From positions 1 to 64,000 of the IMG/VR virus record IMGVR_UViG_3300028048_000001: a DNA stretch of 64,000 nt, one strand, 5' to 3'. Position 1 is the first letter of the stretch. Each line of letters starts with the position of its first letter. The notes under the pieces were generated by a model, which was given only the letters and a program-made list of their open reading frames with translations, searched no databases and had not been told where the DNA came from. Source of the DNA: a virus. Its lineage: Duplodnaviria > Caudoviricetes. Of the stretch, positions 39,804 through 49,522 are shown piece by piece. Position numbers and translations under genes: made by a program.

Positions 39804-40823
39804 TTATTTTTTAGAGTTATTAATTTCTTCAATAACTTTGTAAATTGAACGAAATACAGACATAAATTTAATATACATAGCATAATTTTCTAAGTAAGGA
39901 TTCTTATCAAAATTATTTTGTATATAATCTATTAATATATTTTTAGTTTTCTCTGTAAACAATGTAAGTCTTTTAATAGTATCAAGATTTTCCATTGTCT
40001 TAGGAATAGAATTTATCCCTTCTTTAGTGGTAATTATAGTTTCATATAAATCTTTATAATCTATTTTTAACTGTAATACTCTAATACGTTTTTGATCATC
40101 TGTCAAAGAATCATATAATTGTTCTTCAGAAGTTTTAATATCTTCATCTGATATACCGTCAGAAGGATCGGATGGAGGAGTATCAGTGGAACCTTCATCA
40201 GTTTGAGTACCACCTTCATCAGTATTTTCTCCGGTTGTATCGTCCCCTTCAGATTCTGCTGAACCTGCTGAATCTCCACCATTATCATCCATAGTGAAAT
40301 CATCAGCTTCTCCATTATCATCAGTTTGATCCTCTGCAGAAGTATCGGCTGTGGTATCAGTATTATTAGATTCATCTGTTTCTGTATCTGATGGTTGTTG
40401 TTCATCATCCATAGTGAAATTATCAGATTCATCACTATTATTATCATTATTATCTGTTTCATTATCATCAGCAGTAGATGAATCATCTTCATCTTCTAAA
40501 GTAAAATTATCTTCGTCTGTATTATCATCATCTTCAGTAGTATCAGTATCTGCCCCTAAATCTTCTGCAGTCTGAGTATCTGTTTCATTTGGATTCTCTG
40601 ATGCGTCTTCTGCAGCATCTTGAGGAGTATTTTCTCCAGATTCGGCTGTTTCATTTCCTTCATCAGTAGATTCATCATCAAAATTTTCTTCTTTATCGTC
40701 CATGGTGAAGTCATTATCATCTCCGACATCTTCACCATTAACTTGAATTTCATTAATGAATTTATTATTATTAGAAGAGAATAATGACTTATTTCTTATA
40801 TTTTTTAAATTAAATATAGCCAT
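39804..40823 (-). CDS. Highly acidic putative scaffold/prohead core protein
   Basis: D/E-rich with repeated D[DN]FT[ML]D units; directly upstream of the probable capsid gene. Confidence 0.55.
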   Translation of the reverse strand: MAIFNLKNIRNKSLFSSNNNKFINEIQVNGEDVGDDNDFTMDDKEENFDDESTDEGNETAESGENTPQDAAEDASENPNETDTQTAEDLGADTDTTEDDDNTDEDNFTLEDEDDSSTADDNETDNNDNNSDESDNFTMDDEQQPSDTETDESNNTDTTADTSAEDQTDDNGEADDFTMDDNGGDSAGSAESEGDDTTGENTDEGGTQTDEGSTDTPPSDPSDGISDEDIKTSEEQLYDSLTDDQKRIRVLQLKIDYKDLYETIITTKEGINSIPKTMENLDTIKRLTLFTEKTKNILIDYIQNNFDKNPYLENYAMYIKFMSVFRSIYKVIEEINNSKK

Positions 40824-40827
40824 ATTT

Positions 40828-43434
40828 TTACTCCCTTCCTCTTAATCCAGAAACCGGTTCCATAGGAATTTTACTTCCTTTTCTAGCAAGACCATAATAA
40901 ATTTCTTGCCTTTTTCTTTGTAAATTCTTTTGAATTGTAAGTAAAGCTCTATATTTCTTAGTAGAACCAGTAGACTCTGCTCTTTGAATTTCTCTATCTA
41001 ATACTTTTAATTCAATATCTATTTCATCTAATATTTGCATTTTTTCTTTTCTTGAAGTATAAGCAGATTTAGCCCACATTACTATAGGTCCTAATACTGC
41101 TAGTGTAGCAGCACCAACACTAGCTCCTGCTGAAGTAGCAACTCCAGCAACAGCACCTATACCGGCCCATGTTATAAGAATTTTTATAGATTTAGAAAGA
41201 CTTCTTTTTACTTGTCCAGTGATAATTTCTTCTCTATAATCTGTAGATAATCCATTTTCTATATTTTTACAGAGATGATTAAATTCCATATCAAGATCTC
41301 TAGATAATTCTTTTTCTTTAGTGGATAAATTTTTTAATTTACTTTTAACACCTGTCCATGCTAATTTAAAATCATTAAGAGACAACGGTTTCTTTTCTGG
41401 TTGTTTATATTGTTTATTTTCTTGATCAGATTCTGTATTATTTTTAATATTATTTTTCTTTATATCTTTAGTATTATGAGCAGTATTATAATCTACAGCT
41501 CCAGGTGTTTTCATAGAATTTTTTATTTTATTTGCAGGATTAAGATCATTAACAGCAGATTTTAAATTTACTTTAGCTCTATTAATTGCATCTTCATTTA
41601 TACCCATAACTTGAGCACAGAAATTTAATCTTAAATTATGATCTTCATAAATATCAAAAGGCTCTTTGTCTTTATTATAACAAATATATTTGATATAATT
41701 ATATCTAGGATTTGCTTCTTCTTTACATAATTCTACAAAATCTGTAAATATATTATCATCAGATTCTAAGTATGGACTAAGGATTTCATAAACCAATCCA
41801 GCTTCTTCTGCAGTAATTGTACCAGCATACTTTCTATCATGTAGTTTATCAACAATAGCAAGAATAGGGGTATCAATTAAGTTTTCAAGAAGATTAGTTG
41901 TTTCATTTAAATTACAAATTAAAGATTTTTCATATGTAGTAAATCCTTTATTTAATTTTTGATTTTCTGATATAATTACATCATATTTACTTCTTAAATT
42001 AATATCAAAACTATTTTCTCCAAGAGTATAATATGCATAAGAATCTCTATTATAAAGTATATTATTAAGACAATTAACAGTAGTATTTACAAAATTATAT
42101 GCTTCTTCTATAGAACCTTCATAATTATAAGATGCAATATTTGTAGAAATATGATTATTAGCATCTATATAATTCATAATATTATCATCATTAATATCAT
42201 CTTCATCTCTTTTTATTCTATGAATATTAAGAGGAGATTCTTTTGCAGAAGTTTTCTCTATAGTAGATAAGAAATCTCCAGCTGTTTGAGAATCTGTAAT
42301 AAGATTATTTATCTTGAATGGATCAATTTCATTAGAAGTAAAAGATACTCTTTCTTTATTACCATCAGCGTAATAAATATCGTTATTTATATCGGCTTCC
42401 CAAATATTAGTAAGATTTTCTACCAAACTATCTGTATCTTGAATATTATTCTCTTTAATAATATTTATTATATTATGTGCTTCACTTCCAGATACAAATT
42501 CTAAATTTTCAAAAATAGTTTTAGGATCAAAATCGATATTATTAATTTTAGTAAAATCATTAATAATATTATTAATTTCTGTAAGGGCAATAATATCATT
42601 AAGATTAGATTTTGCAATTTCTATAAGAGAATCTATAGATTTATTAGAATCTAACTTCCATCTATTAATCCTATCCATCCAATAAGAACTGTTTTTATTA
42701 GAAGATTCTGTTAAAAAACTGATATTTTTATCAGATGCTAAAGGTAAAACTCTAGATTCTTCTATAGCTCTTTTATAAGAATTAATATCTTCTTTTGTAT
42801 TACTATCTCTTAATAAAAAATAATTAGTTACATTTTCTACTATATTTTCTACAGGAATTTCTATTCCTTCTGAATAACATAAATAAGAAACTTCTTCTAA
42901 TACAATATTCATTTTAACAAAAGGAGATAAAGTATAAGTATCTACTTTTTCACAAATAGAAAATATTTTTTCTTTATCTGATTTTGCTTTATTAGAAAAA
43001 GATTCTAATTTAAATTTTTTAGATAAATTTTTATGATTTTTAATAATTCTATCTATTCTTTTATACATTTTAGCAGTTTCTACTAATCTATCAATATTAA
43101 TATCTCCAATATTAGAAGATCTAATAATATCAAGACAATCTCCAAGATTAGCATTCTCTACTAATGGAATAATATCATTAATAACCACTTGACAATATTT
43201 TTCAAGCAATTCATAATCATCTTTTTCATATAAAGATTCAAGAACTGAAATTGCAGATTTGTAATCTGTACATGAATTAAAGAAATTTTCTAATCTCCAT
43301 TTATATAGAGACTTATTAGAATCATCAGATAAATAATTAATATCATAATTAGATGATTCTGCAATACTATTTCTTTTTTCAAGATATCTTTGTCTCTTAT
43401 ACACGTACTTTAAATTTAATGGTTTACTAACCAT
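40828..43434 (-). CDS. Putative virion protein with C-terminal hydrophobic hairpin
   Basis: 868 aa; late-type motif at 43462-43473; in the head operon. Confidence 0.55.
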   Translation of the reverse strand: MVSKPLNLKYVYKRQRYLEKRNSIAESSNYDINYLSDDSNKSLYKWRLENFFNSCTDYKSAISVLESLYEKDDYELLEKYCQVVINDIIPLVENANLGDCLDIIRSSNIGDINIDRLVETAKMYKRIDRIIKNHKNLSKKFKLESFSNKAKSDKEKIFSICEKVDTYTLSPFVKMNIVLEEVSYLCYSEGIEIPVENIVENVTNYFLLRDSNTKEDINSYKRAIEESRVLPLASDKNISFLTESSNKNSSYWMDRINRWKLDSNKSIDSLIEIAKSNLNDIIALTEINNIINDFTKINNIDFDPKTIFENLEFVSGSEAHNIINIIKENNIQDTDSLVENLTNIWEADINNDIYYADGNKERVSFTSNEIDPFKINNLITDSQTAGDFLSTIEKTSAKESPLNIHRIKRDEDDINDDNIMNYIDANNHISTNIASYNYEGSIEEAYNFVNTTVNCLNNILYNRDSYAYYTLGENSFDINLRSKYDVIISENQKLNKGFTTYEKSLICNLNETTNLLENLIDTPILAIVDKLHDRKYAGTITAEEAGLVYEILSPYLESDDNIFTDFVELCKEEANPRYNYIKYICYNKDKEPFDIYEDHNLRLNFCAQVMGINEDAINRAKVNLKSAVNDLNPANKIKNSMKTPGAVDYNTAHNTKDIKKNNIKNNTESDQENKQYKQPEKKPLSLNDFKLAWTGVKSKLKNLSTKEKELSRDLDMEFNHLCKNIENGLSTDYREEIITGQVKRSLSKSIKILITWAGIGAVAGVATSAGASVGAATLAVLGPIVMWAKSAYTSRKEKMQILDEIDIELKVLDREIQRAESTGSTKKYRALLTIQKNLQRKRQEIYYGLARKGSKIPMEPVSGLRGRE

Positions 43435-43510
43435 AATTTAGAGCCCTTTCATATAGGATATTAATATAAAGTTAAATTTTAGATATTTAAAGAAAAATAT
43501 AAAAAATAAA

Positions 43511-43605
43511 TCCCCATAGAGTTTTTTACTCTATGGGGTTAAGGAGAAATAATGTTCGCTGATAAGAAAAATCAGCGATGAGTGATAAAATGATATATTC
43601 TATCA
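43511..43605 (-). ncRNA. Putative early small RNA with anti-RBS segment CATTATTTCTCC
   Basis: Early-type motif at 43603-43619, internal hairpin, terminator at 43512-43538; twin at 46304-46404. Confidence 0.55.
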
Positions 43606-43617
43606 TTATTATAATAT

Positions 43618-44694
43618 TTAATTGAATTTATATATACTTTCACTGATTCTATCAGGTGTTACACCAAAATCTTTTTCATTAATCATATTATTTCTATGTA
43701 TATATAGATTTGCTCCAAATTGTTTGATAAATTCTTTTATTTGTTTCATCTTTTCATCAGTTCCAAATTCATCATTATCTGGATATACATGTACATCAAA
43801 GAAAAAAATTTCATAAGATACAATCAAATGAGTTATAAATCCTAAATAGCTACTTCCAGTAATAGCAGCAAATATACCATCTTCATATCTTCTTAAATTA
43901 TATTTTATTGATAATATATCAAACGGACCTTCTGCTACATGAATTTGTATTTTCTTTGGTATAGTTAAATCTATATTTGCTGGCATAACATACATTTTTT
44001 CTGTATTATCTATTTTATTATGTATATTATAATTTATATATCTTTTATCTATGCCTTTATATAAAATTCCTTCATTATACATTCTTCTTAAATTTACAAA
44101 ATTATTATCTAAAGATAAAAATCCAACGAAATTATCATTTAAAGAATTTATTATATTTATATGTCTTGTATAATAAGAATTATTATTTGTATTCATATTG
44201 TTCGATATATTATATCTATTATAATCTAATAAATCTTTTAAATTTAATATAATTTTTTGTTTTAAGCATTCTTCTATTGTTAATTCTACACCAATTCTAT
44301 TTTTAATATATTCAATTTTCTTATAAGCAAGATTTATATTATTTACATGATTATATATTGGATAATGAAAAGAATTATATCCTTTAAATTTATTATTAGA
44401 AATAGCTTTATTTATTAATTTATCAGTTTCTATTGCTATTTCTGGATTATAAATTCCCCATTCTATAAGTGTTTTACTATTTATAACACCAGATATTTGA
44501 CATTTAAAACAATGATATACAGGGCAATCATCTTTATCTTGTGGAATATGAATATACATATGTCCATGAGTTATATCTTTTGAATCCCCACATGAACGAC
44601 ACCTAACAATTATTTCACGATTTTGACTAGCTAATTTTGCTTCTGGAAAATTAGATATTATAAATTGAGCAAACTGCTCTCCAAATTCAAACAA
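43618..44694 (-). CDS. DNA primase (Zn-binding + TOPRIM)
   Basis: RCRSCGDS...YHCFKC, AEGPFD, YPDND, EKDFG. Confidence 0.85.
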   Translation of the reverse strand: MFEFGEQFAQFIISNFPEAKLASQNREIIVRCRSCGDSKDITHGHMYIHIPQDKDDCPVYHCFKCQISGVINSKTLIEWGIYNPEIAIETDKLINKAISNNKFKGYNSFHYPIYNHVNNINLAYKKIEYIKNRIGVELTIEECLKQKIILNLKDLLDYNRYNISNNMNTNNNSYYTRHINIINSLNDNFVGFLSLDNNFVNLRRMYNEGILYKGIDKRYINYNIHNKIDNTEKMYVMPANIDLTIPKKIQIHVAEGPFDILSIKYNLRRYEDGIFAAITGSSYLGFITHLIVSYEIFFFDVHVYPDNDEFGTDEKMKQIKEFIKQFGANLYIHRNNMINEKDFGVTPDRISESIYKFN

Positions 44695-44763
44695 TTATTT
44701 TACCCCCTTTCACATTTATAATATTTATATGAAAGGATATTTAATTTTCTTCTTTGAATCTCA

Positions 44764-45141
44764 CTATAAAAATATCATTAATATTAATATTAATAAAATA
44801 CAAAGTATAGTAGATTCTACTAATAATATCCAAGTATTATATAATTCATATAATGTAAGTATAGTCATTAAACCAAATACAAGTAATAATCCGATACTGT
44901 TATATAAAAATAATTCTAAAAAGAATTTTATTTTTAAATTATACTTATTACAACGCTTATTAATAAATGATAAGCAAATAGTTCCTATTATGCCAATTAT
45001 AAAAACAATTCCTATTGGATGAGTATAAAATTTATATTTTATGAAATAATAAATTGTACTAAATATTAATAAACAAAAATCTATTAAAAGCATACATATT
45101 AAAATTATTGAAAATTTCTTTAAATTATTTATAATTTTCAT
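44764..45141 (-). CDS. Membrane protein with about four transmembrane segments
   Basis: Hydrophobic segments; GGAG RBS. Confidence 0.6.
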   Translation of the reverse strand: MKIINNLKKFSIILICMLLIDFCLLIFSTIYYFIKYKFYTHPIGIVFIIGIIGTICLSFINKRCNKYNLKIKFFLELFLYNSIGLLLVFGLMTILTLYELYNTWILLVESTILCILLILILMIFL

Positions 45142-45195
45142 TTTAATGGCTCCTAAAAATAAAGAGAGAACATATAGTTCTCTCTTTATATATTT

Positions 45196-45663
45196 TTAAA
45201 TTTCTACATCAAATCTAATTTCATTATCATTTTGCCTTGATATATTTACAGCTCTACCAGTATTTTCTGTAGATATAGATATTACCATTGGAAGATTTGC
45301 TTTAAAAAATTCTTTCATCATTGGTAATTCACATATTATGAAAAATATATCTCTATATTTTAATAATTCATTTGGCAGTATATGAGATTTAAAGTTCATT
45401 TGTGATAAAGAAAACATAAATTTAGATTTATCTGTCATTAATGAATTAATGGTTTCTCCAATATGATTCATGCCATAATCATATATTATTCTACCAAGCA
45501 TTGATACATAAAAATCATCTTTTAAATTAAAAAATACTGGAAATAATTTACCATTATCATCTTCTGTAAACATTAATCTAAATTCATCATTTTTATTAGG
45601 ATCAATAGAATTTAAATCATCTAATTGAACTGACATTTTGCTTATATCTTTTATAGAACTCAT
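45196..45663 (-). CDS. Hypothetical protein (start revised to MSSIKD)
   Basis: AAGGAG RBS before ATG 45663. Confidence 0.75.
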   Translation of the reverse strand: MSSIKDISKMSVQLDDLNSIDPNKNDEFRLMFTEDDNGKLFPVFFNLKDDFYVSMLGRIIYDYGMNHIGETINSLMTDKSKFMFSLSQMNFKSHILPNELLKYRDIFFIICELPMMKEFFKANLPMVISISTENTGRAVNISRQNDNEIRFDVEI

Positions 45664-45689
45664 AATATCTCCTTGATAAAAAATAAAAA

Positions 45690-45899
45690 TGGGTGAGGGA
45701 GGGATCTCACCTCCCACGATAGCTTAGCAGGGTCAGACATTCTAATGCCACGTTCAATGAAGAGTCAAATCTGGCCAGATTTCCAAGGTTGAGTTATGGT
45801 CATTATTAATGAAATCCTCTTCAAAGCTTATCCTCAGAAAAACACGTTCTTCTTCTGATGCTATCTCCCTCTTGCGTCTATTACTTCCGCCATCACCCA
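45690..45899 (-). ncRNA. tRNA-like RNA with a ~150-nt domain in place of the anticodon arm
   Basis: Acceptor TGGGTGA/TCACCCA, Leu-like D arm, T-like arm GGGAGG-TGAGATC-CCTCCC. Confidence 0.7.
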
Positions 45900-45929
45900 T
45901 TATAAATAAGTACTTATTATAATAAATTA

Positions 45930-46175
45930 TTAATTAATAAATCCTAAATTATCATTTAATGCTTTTTCAAAATCTTTAAATTTTTCATTTGTCATTGTAA
46001 TAGAAATGCATCTTTTGTCATTAAAATTACCATGTATATGAATATTTTTAAAATCTTTTGGATCTCCATCTTTCATTGAAATAATAATACTATCTGTTTC
46101 ATAACTTTCTATAGCATACAAATTTATTACTATATCATCGTTTAATCTATATAACATTTTACAAGACTTTCTCAT
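45930..46175 (-). CDS. Small early protein, paralogue of 46525-46749
   Basis: YRLN...VINLY.IESY and F..FE.A....LGF shared. Confidence 0.75.
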   Translation of the reverse strand: MRKSCKMLYRLNDDIVINLYAIESYETDSIIISMKDGDPKDFKNIHIHGNFNDKRCISITMTNEKFKDFEKALNDNLGFIN

Positions 46176-46303
46176 TATTGATTTCCTCCTTTTGTTAAAT
46201 AATATATTTTATATCATATTTATAATATATCTTTGAAATGAATTTATAAAAATTATCCAATAGGAGGAAACTTCTATTAGTTTTATAAAAAAAAATAAAA
46301 TTT

Positions 46304-46404
46304 ATTGACCCAGAGTGATTAAACTCTGGGTCGATGGGAGAAATAATGCTGACCAATTATATTGGCCTAAAATGATAATAATGATAGAATATAATATTTT
46401 ATCA
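46304..46404 (-). ncRNA. Putative early small RNA with anti-RBS segment CATTATTTCTCC (second copy)
   Basis: Early-type motif at 46402-46418, hairpin GGCCAAT/ATTGGTC, terminator GACCCAGAGT/ACTCTGGGTC. Confidence 0.55.
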
Positions 46405-46524
46405 TTATTATAATATCTAATTGAAATTAGATATAACTTCACTAATTTTATCTGAAGTTATATCATAAAAATTTATTTATTACATACTTCTACTATCTCT
46501 CACAAATAATATTATTTTTTTATA

Positions 46525-46749
46525 TTAGTTTTCTTTTTCATATCTTTTAATATAAAAACCTAATGTATTTTTAATAGCATCTTCAAACTCATCAAATTCT
46601 TCTTTTGATAAAAATACTACAATTGTATTTTCGAAACCCATTTTTATTTCAAGTCTTATTTTATTTAATTCTGTAACACTATACATATAAGATTCTATAC
46701 CATACAAATTTATTACATTCATACTATTTAATCTATACATTATGTACAT
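46525..46749 (-). CDS. Small protein, paralogue of 45930-46175
   Basis: Shared motifs; AGGAG RBS. Confidence 0.75.
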   Translation of the reverse strand: MYIMYRLNSMNVINLYGIESYMYSVTELNKIRLEIKMGFENTIVVFLSKEEFDEFEDAIKNTLGFYIKRYEKEN

Positions 46750-46751
46750 TA

Positions 46752-46979
46752 TTAATTCTCCTTTTTTATTGTATATAATGATAATATTCCTGAATTTTTT
46801 GTAACAATAATAGATTTTTTATTTTTATGAAAATTGGATAAATTTATATATTTTCTTATTAATTCATTATACTCCTGATCAGTATATTCTGGATTATGAT
46901 TTTTACAATATTTGTCTAAATACATTTTACCACATTTAGTATTTATTTGTATTGCAGATCTAAATTGTTTTTCATTCAT
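46752..46979 (-). CDS. Hypothetical protein
   Basis: Operon-coupled ORF. Confidence 0.65.
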   Translation of the reverse strand: MNEKQFRSAIQINTKCGKMYLDKYCKNHNPEYTDQEYNELIRKYINLSNFHKNKKSIIVTKNSGILSLYTIKKEN

Positions 46980-47475
46980 CTTTATACTCCCAATTATTTG
47001 AAGTTCTTAAAGAGCAAGTGGTACAAGGTGAATTGTATTGATATTCTATTTCATTTTCCCATAATCCATTATTTTTACATGTTTTACATGTTTTTCTTAT
47101 AATTATACCATTTTCGATCATAATTTCATAATATAATTCATTAATCAAATTAATTGTTTCATAATTAAACGTAATAGATTTATTTTTTGTACTAAAAGAA
47201 TAATCTTGTAAATTAAAATTATTAATATCAAATGTTTGATTTTCTTTTAAATTAATAAATAAATATTCTGATCTTATTGTAAGATCAATTTCTTTTTTAT
47301 TTTTATAATTACAATAAATTTGAATCATATCATGAGTTACAACAAGTGGAGTTGTACTAAATAATTTCCATCTATGCAATAATGCAATATCTTGAGAATC
47401 TTGAGAACTAGTAGAATGAAAACCAAGTTTTTTAAATTTTCTATAAATATTAATTCTTTCTTTACTAAGTGCCAT
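46972..47475 (-). CDS. Hypothetical early protein with C-terminal Cys cluster
   Basis: CKTC...PCTTC...W; AGGAGG RBS; early-type motif at 47513-47529. Confidence 0.75.
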   Translation of the reverse strand: MALSKERINIYRKFKKLGFHSTSSQDSQDIALLHRWKLFSTTPLVVTHDMIQIYCNYKNKKEIDLTIRSEYLFINLKENQTFDINNFNLQDYSFSTKNKSITFNYETINLINELYYEIMIENGIIIRKTCKTCKNNGLWENEIEYQYNSPCTTCSLRTSNNWEYKDE

Positions 47476-47556
47476 TATTTTATCCTCCTATTAAAACTAA
47501 TATTAAATTGCTTCATTATTATAATATATTTTTAAAAAATAATTAGGTGAAAGCAT

Positions 47557-47760
47557 TTAGCTTTCACCTAGTTTATTATTATCAACATATGGCATAAATT
47601 CTAATAAAGCATTTTCAACTTCAAAAAATACATCTTCTCTATTATTGTCTTTAAATTTAACAGATAATACATCTGATTTTTCACCATTAAAAGTAATATA
47701 ATCTACATTATCCATATTTATTATATGCTTACCAAATTTAGATGTTATAGCTATTAACAT
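47557..47760 (-). CDS. Hypothetical protein
   Basis: AGGAG RBS. Confidence 0.7.
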   Translation of the reverse strand: MLIAITSKFGKHIINMDNVDYITFNGEKSDVLSVKFKDNNREDVFFEVENALLEFMPYVDNNKLGES

Positions 47761-47842
47761 TATAACTCCTTTTAAAAATGTATTTTATTATAATATGTTA
47801 ACAAAATAAAAAATATAGGGGTTACAAAGTAACCCCTATATA

Positions 47843-49441
47843 TTAACACATTAAAATGAATGTTTCTACTTCTTCTATGATAATATTAATAGCTACTGTT
47901 TCCAATCTTTTTCCATTTATAGTAGGGTCTAAATCAACAATACTAAAATCCGATGAAATTATTGTTGCAATGATACTAAGAATATTATCAATAATATTTT
48001 CGTTTTTATATTTTTCTAATATTCTTGGATAAGAAGGAGAAGCTTCCACTAAGATTTTCTCTTTCTTATTTATAGTTTTTCTGCTTACAAGCTTTTCAAC
48101 TTTTCCAGATATAATATAAGGAAGAATAATCATGTTTTTACTTTTCAAAATCTTTTTAGCAGCGATAATTAATTTTACATATTCTTCTCTATTAATAGAA
48201 TGAATACTTTGTGTGTCTTTAAACCATCTATAAAACATTGAGAATATTAACTGTTTCTGGAATGGATTAATAGTGTAACCACCTTCTGGAGTCATTAATA
48301 CATTTCTCATATAAAGATCAATCTCTAAAGGATCAAATGGACCAAATTGAACTTCAATATTTCTCATGCAAACTTGTCCATTAATCTTATTCTGAAGATA
48401 TAACCCTTCATTCATTCTAATCAGATTGCTTTCAAATTTATCAAAATCTGATATAGAATCGTTATCTCTTTTTGATGAAGATATTGGAACATATGAAAAT
48501 TCAAATGATATATCTGTAATCTTATATGATGTATTTTTTCTAATACTTGCATAATTAAAACTAATAATATTTTTATCAAAAGTGTATTTCGGCATAATAT
48601 TAAGAATTATATTTTGTACCGAATCGGTAGAGTGAGTAGTAATATCTATTGATCTGATATCTTGCTTAATCCATATACCTTGATTATTTTTCTGATTAGC
48701 TATTACATTAGTATATGCAGTATCATATAATTTAGAATATATATCAATAGAAGTTTCCATATGAAGTATTCTATCATAAAAACTTAGCAGATAATCATCT
48801 ATATTTATATCTAATTTATGCATATAAGCATAATTAGTTAATAATGGTATACAAAGATCCATAATTATTGACATTTTATGTAATAATTTTGCATGTTCAT
48901 TTGTATACTGTAATGATGGGGATTTAATATTTGTATAATTTAAAACTTGATAATAATTATCATCAACCATCTGCTGAACTTTATTTGCTATATTAGAGTA
49001 TATAATATATCTTTCCATATCATAGAAAAACATTTCTATTGGATAAGATAAAACTTCAAATCTATCTATCTTAGATTTCATAGCAACTAATATAGATAAA
49101 TATTCATTATCTGTATCATAATAATTACAAAAATAATTTAAATATTTAAAAAGGTGCTCTCTCATTGCTACAGAATTGTAGCATTTTTTTGTTGATAAAA
49201 TAAATTTATTAAAATTATCTCCAAGACCAATAGATATATTGAAGTAAACACTTAAAGGTGCTATAAAAAATCCAGGTCTACAACTTATTATTACCTCTTC
49301 CATATCTTGAGGCCACCATTGGTCTACAGGAACAAATTTTCTTCCTTGATTCGATTTTGATTTTCTTTCTATCCTGTCCATAAAGTATATGGCAGGAACT
49401 TTCCCTTCTGTTATTTTATTAATGTCACTCATGTCGCACAT
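47843..49441 (-). CDS. Probable sigma-like promoter-specificity subunit of the non-virion RNAP (AR9 gp226/phiKZ gp68-like)
   Basis: Size, helical character, early-type motif at 49489-49505 and proximity to the chaperonin as in AR9; recognition by eye only. Confidence 0.5.
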   Translation of the reverse strand: MCDMSDINKITEGKVPAIYFMDRIERKSKSNQGRKFVPVDQWWPQDMEEVIISCRPGFFIAPLSVYFNISIGLGDNFNKFILSTKKCYNSVAMREHLFKYLNYFCNYYDTDNEYLSILVAMKSKIDRFEVLSYPIEMFFYDMERYIIYSNIANKVQQMVDDNYYQVLNYTNIKSPSLQYTNEHAKLLHKMSIIMDLCIPLLTNYAYMHKLDINIDDYLLSFYDRILHMETSIDIYSKLYDTAYTNVIANQKNNQGIWIKQDIRSIDITTHSTDSVQNIILNIMPKYTFDKNIISFNYASIRKNTSYKITDISFEFSYVPISSSKRDNDSISDFDKFESNLIRMNEGLYLQNKINGQVCMRNIEVQFGPFDPLEIDLYMRNVLMTPEGGYTINPFQKQLIFSMFYRWFKDTQSIHSINREEYVKLIIAAKKILKSKNMIILPYIISGKVEKLVSRKTINKKEKILVEASPSYPRILEKYKNENIIDNILSIIATIISSDFSIVDLDPTINGKRLETVAINIIIEEVETFILMC

Positions 49442-49522
49442 TTCTCCCTAATGCACAATATAGTTAATAAGTTATACTTTTTCAAGTATCATATTTATAA
49501 TATATATCTATTATAAATTTTA

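Noticed and set aside
45690-45899. Calling the tRNA-like RNA a tmRNA, or accepting the 48-codon ORF that runs through it
   Set aside because: No G3-U70 alanine identity, no TTCRA loop, short for tmRNA and no Ala-ending tag; the ORF has no RBS
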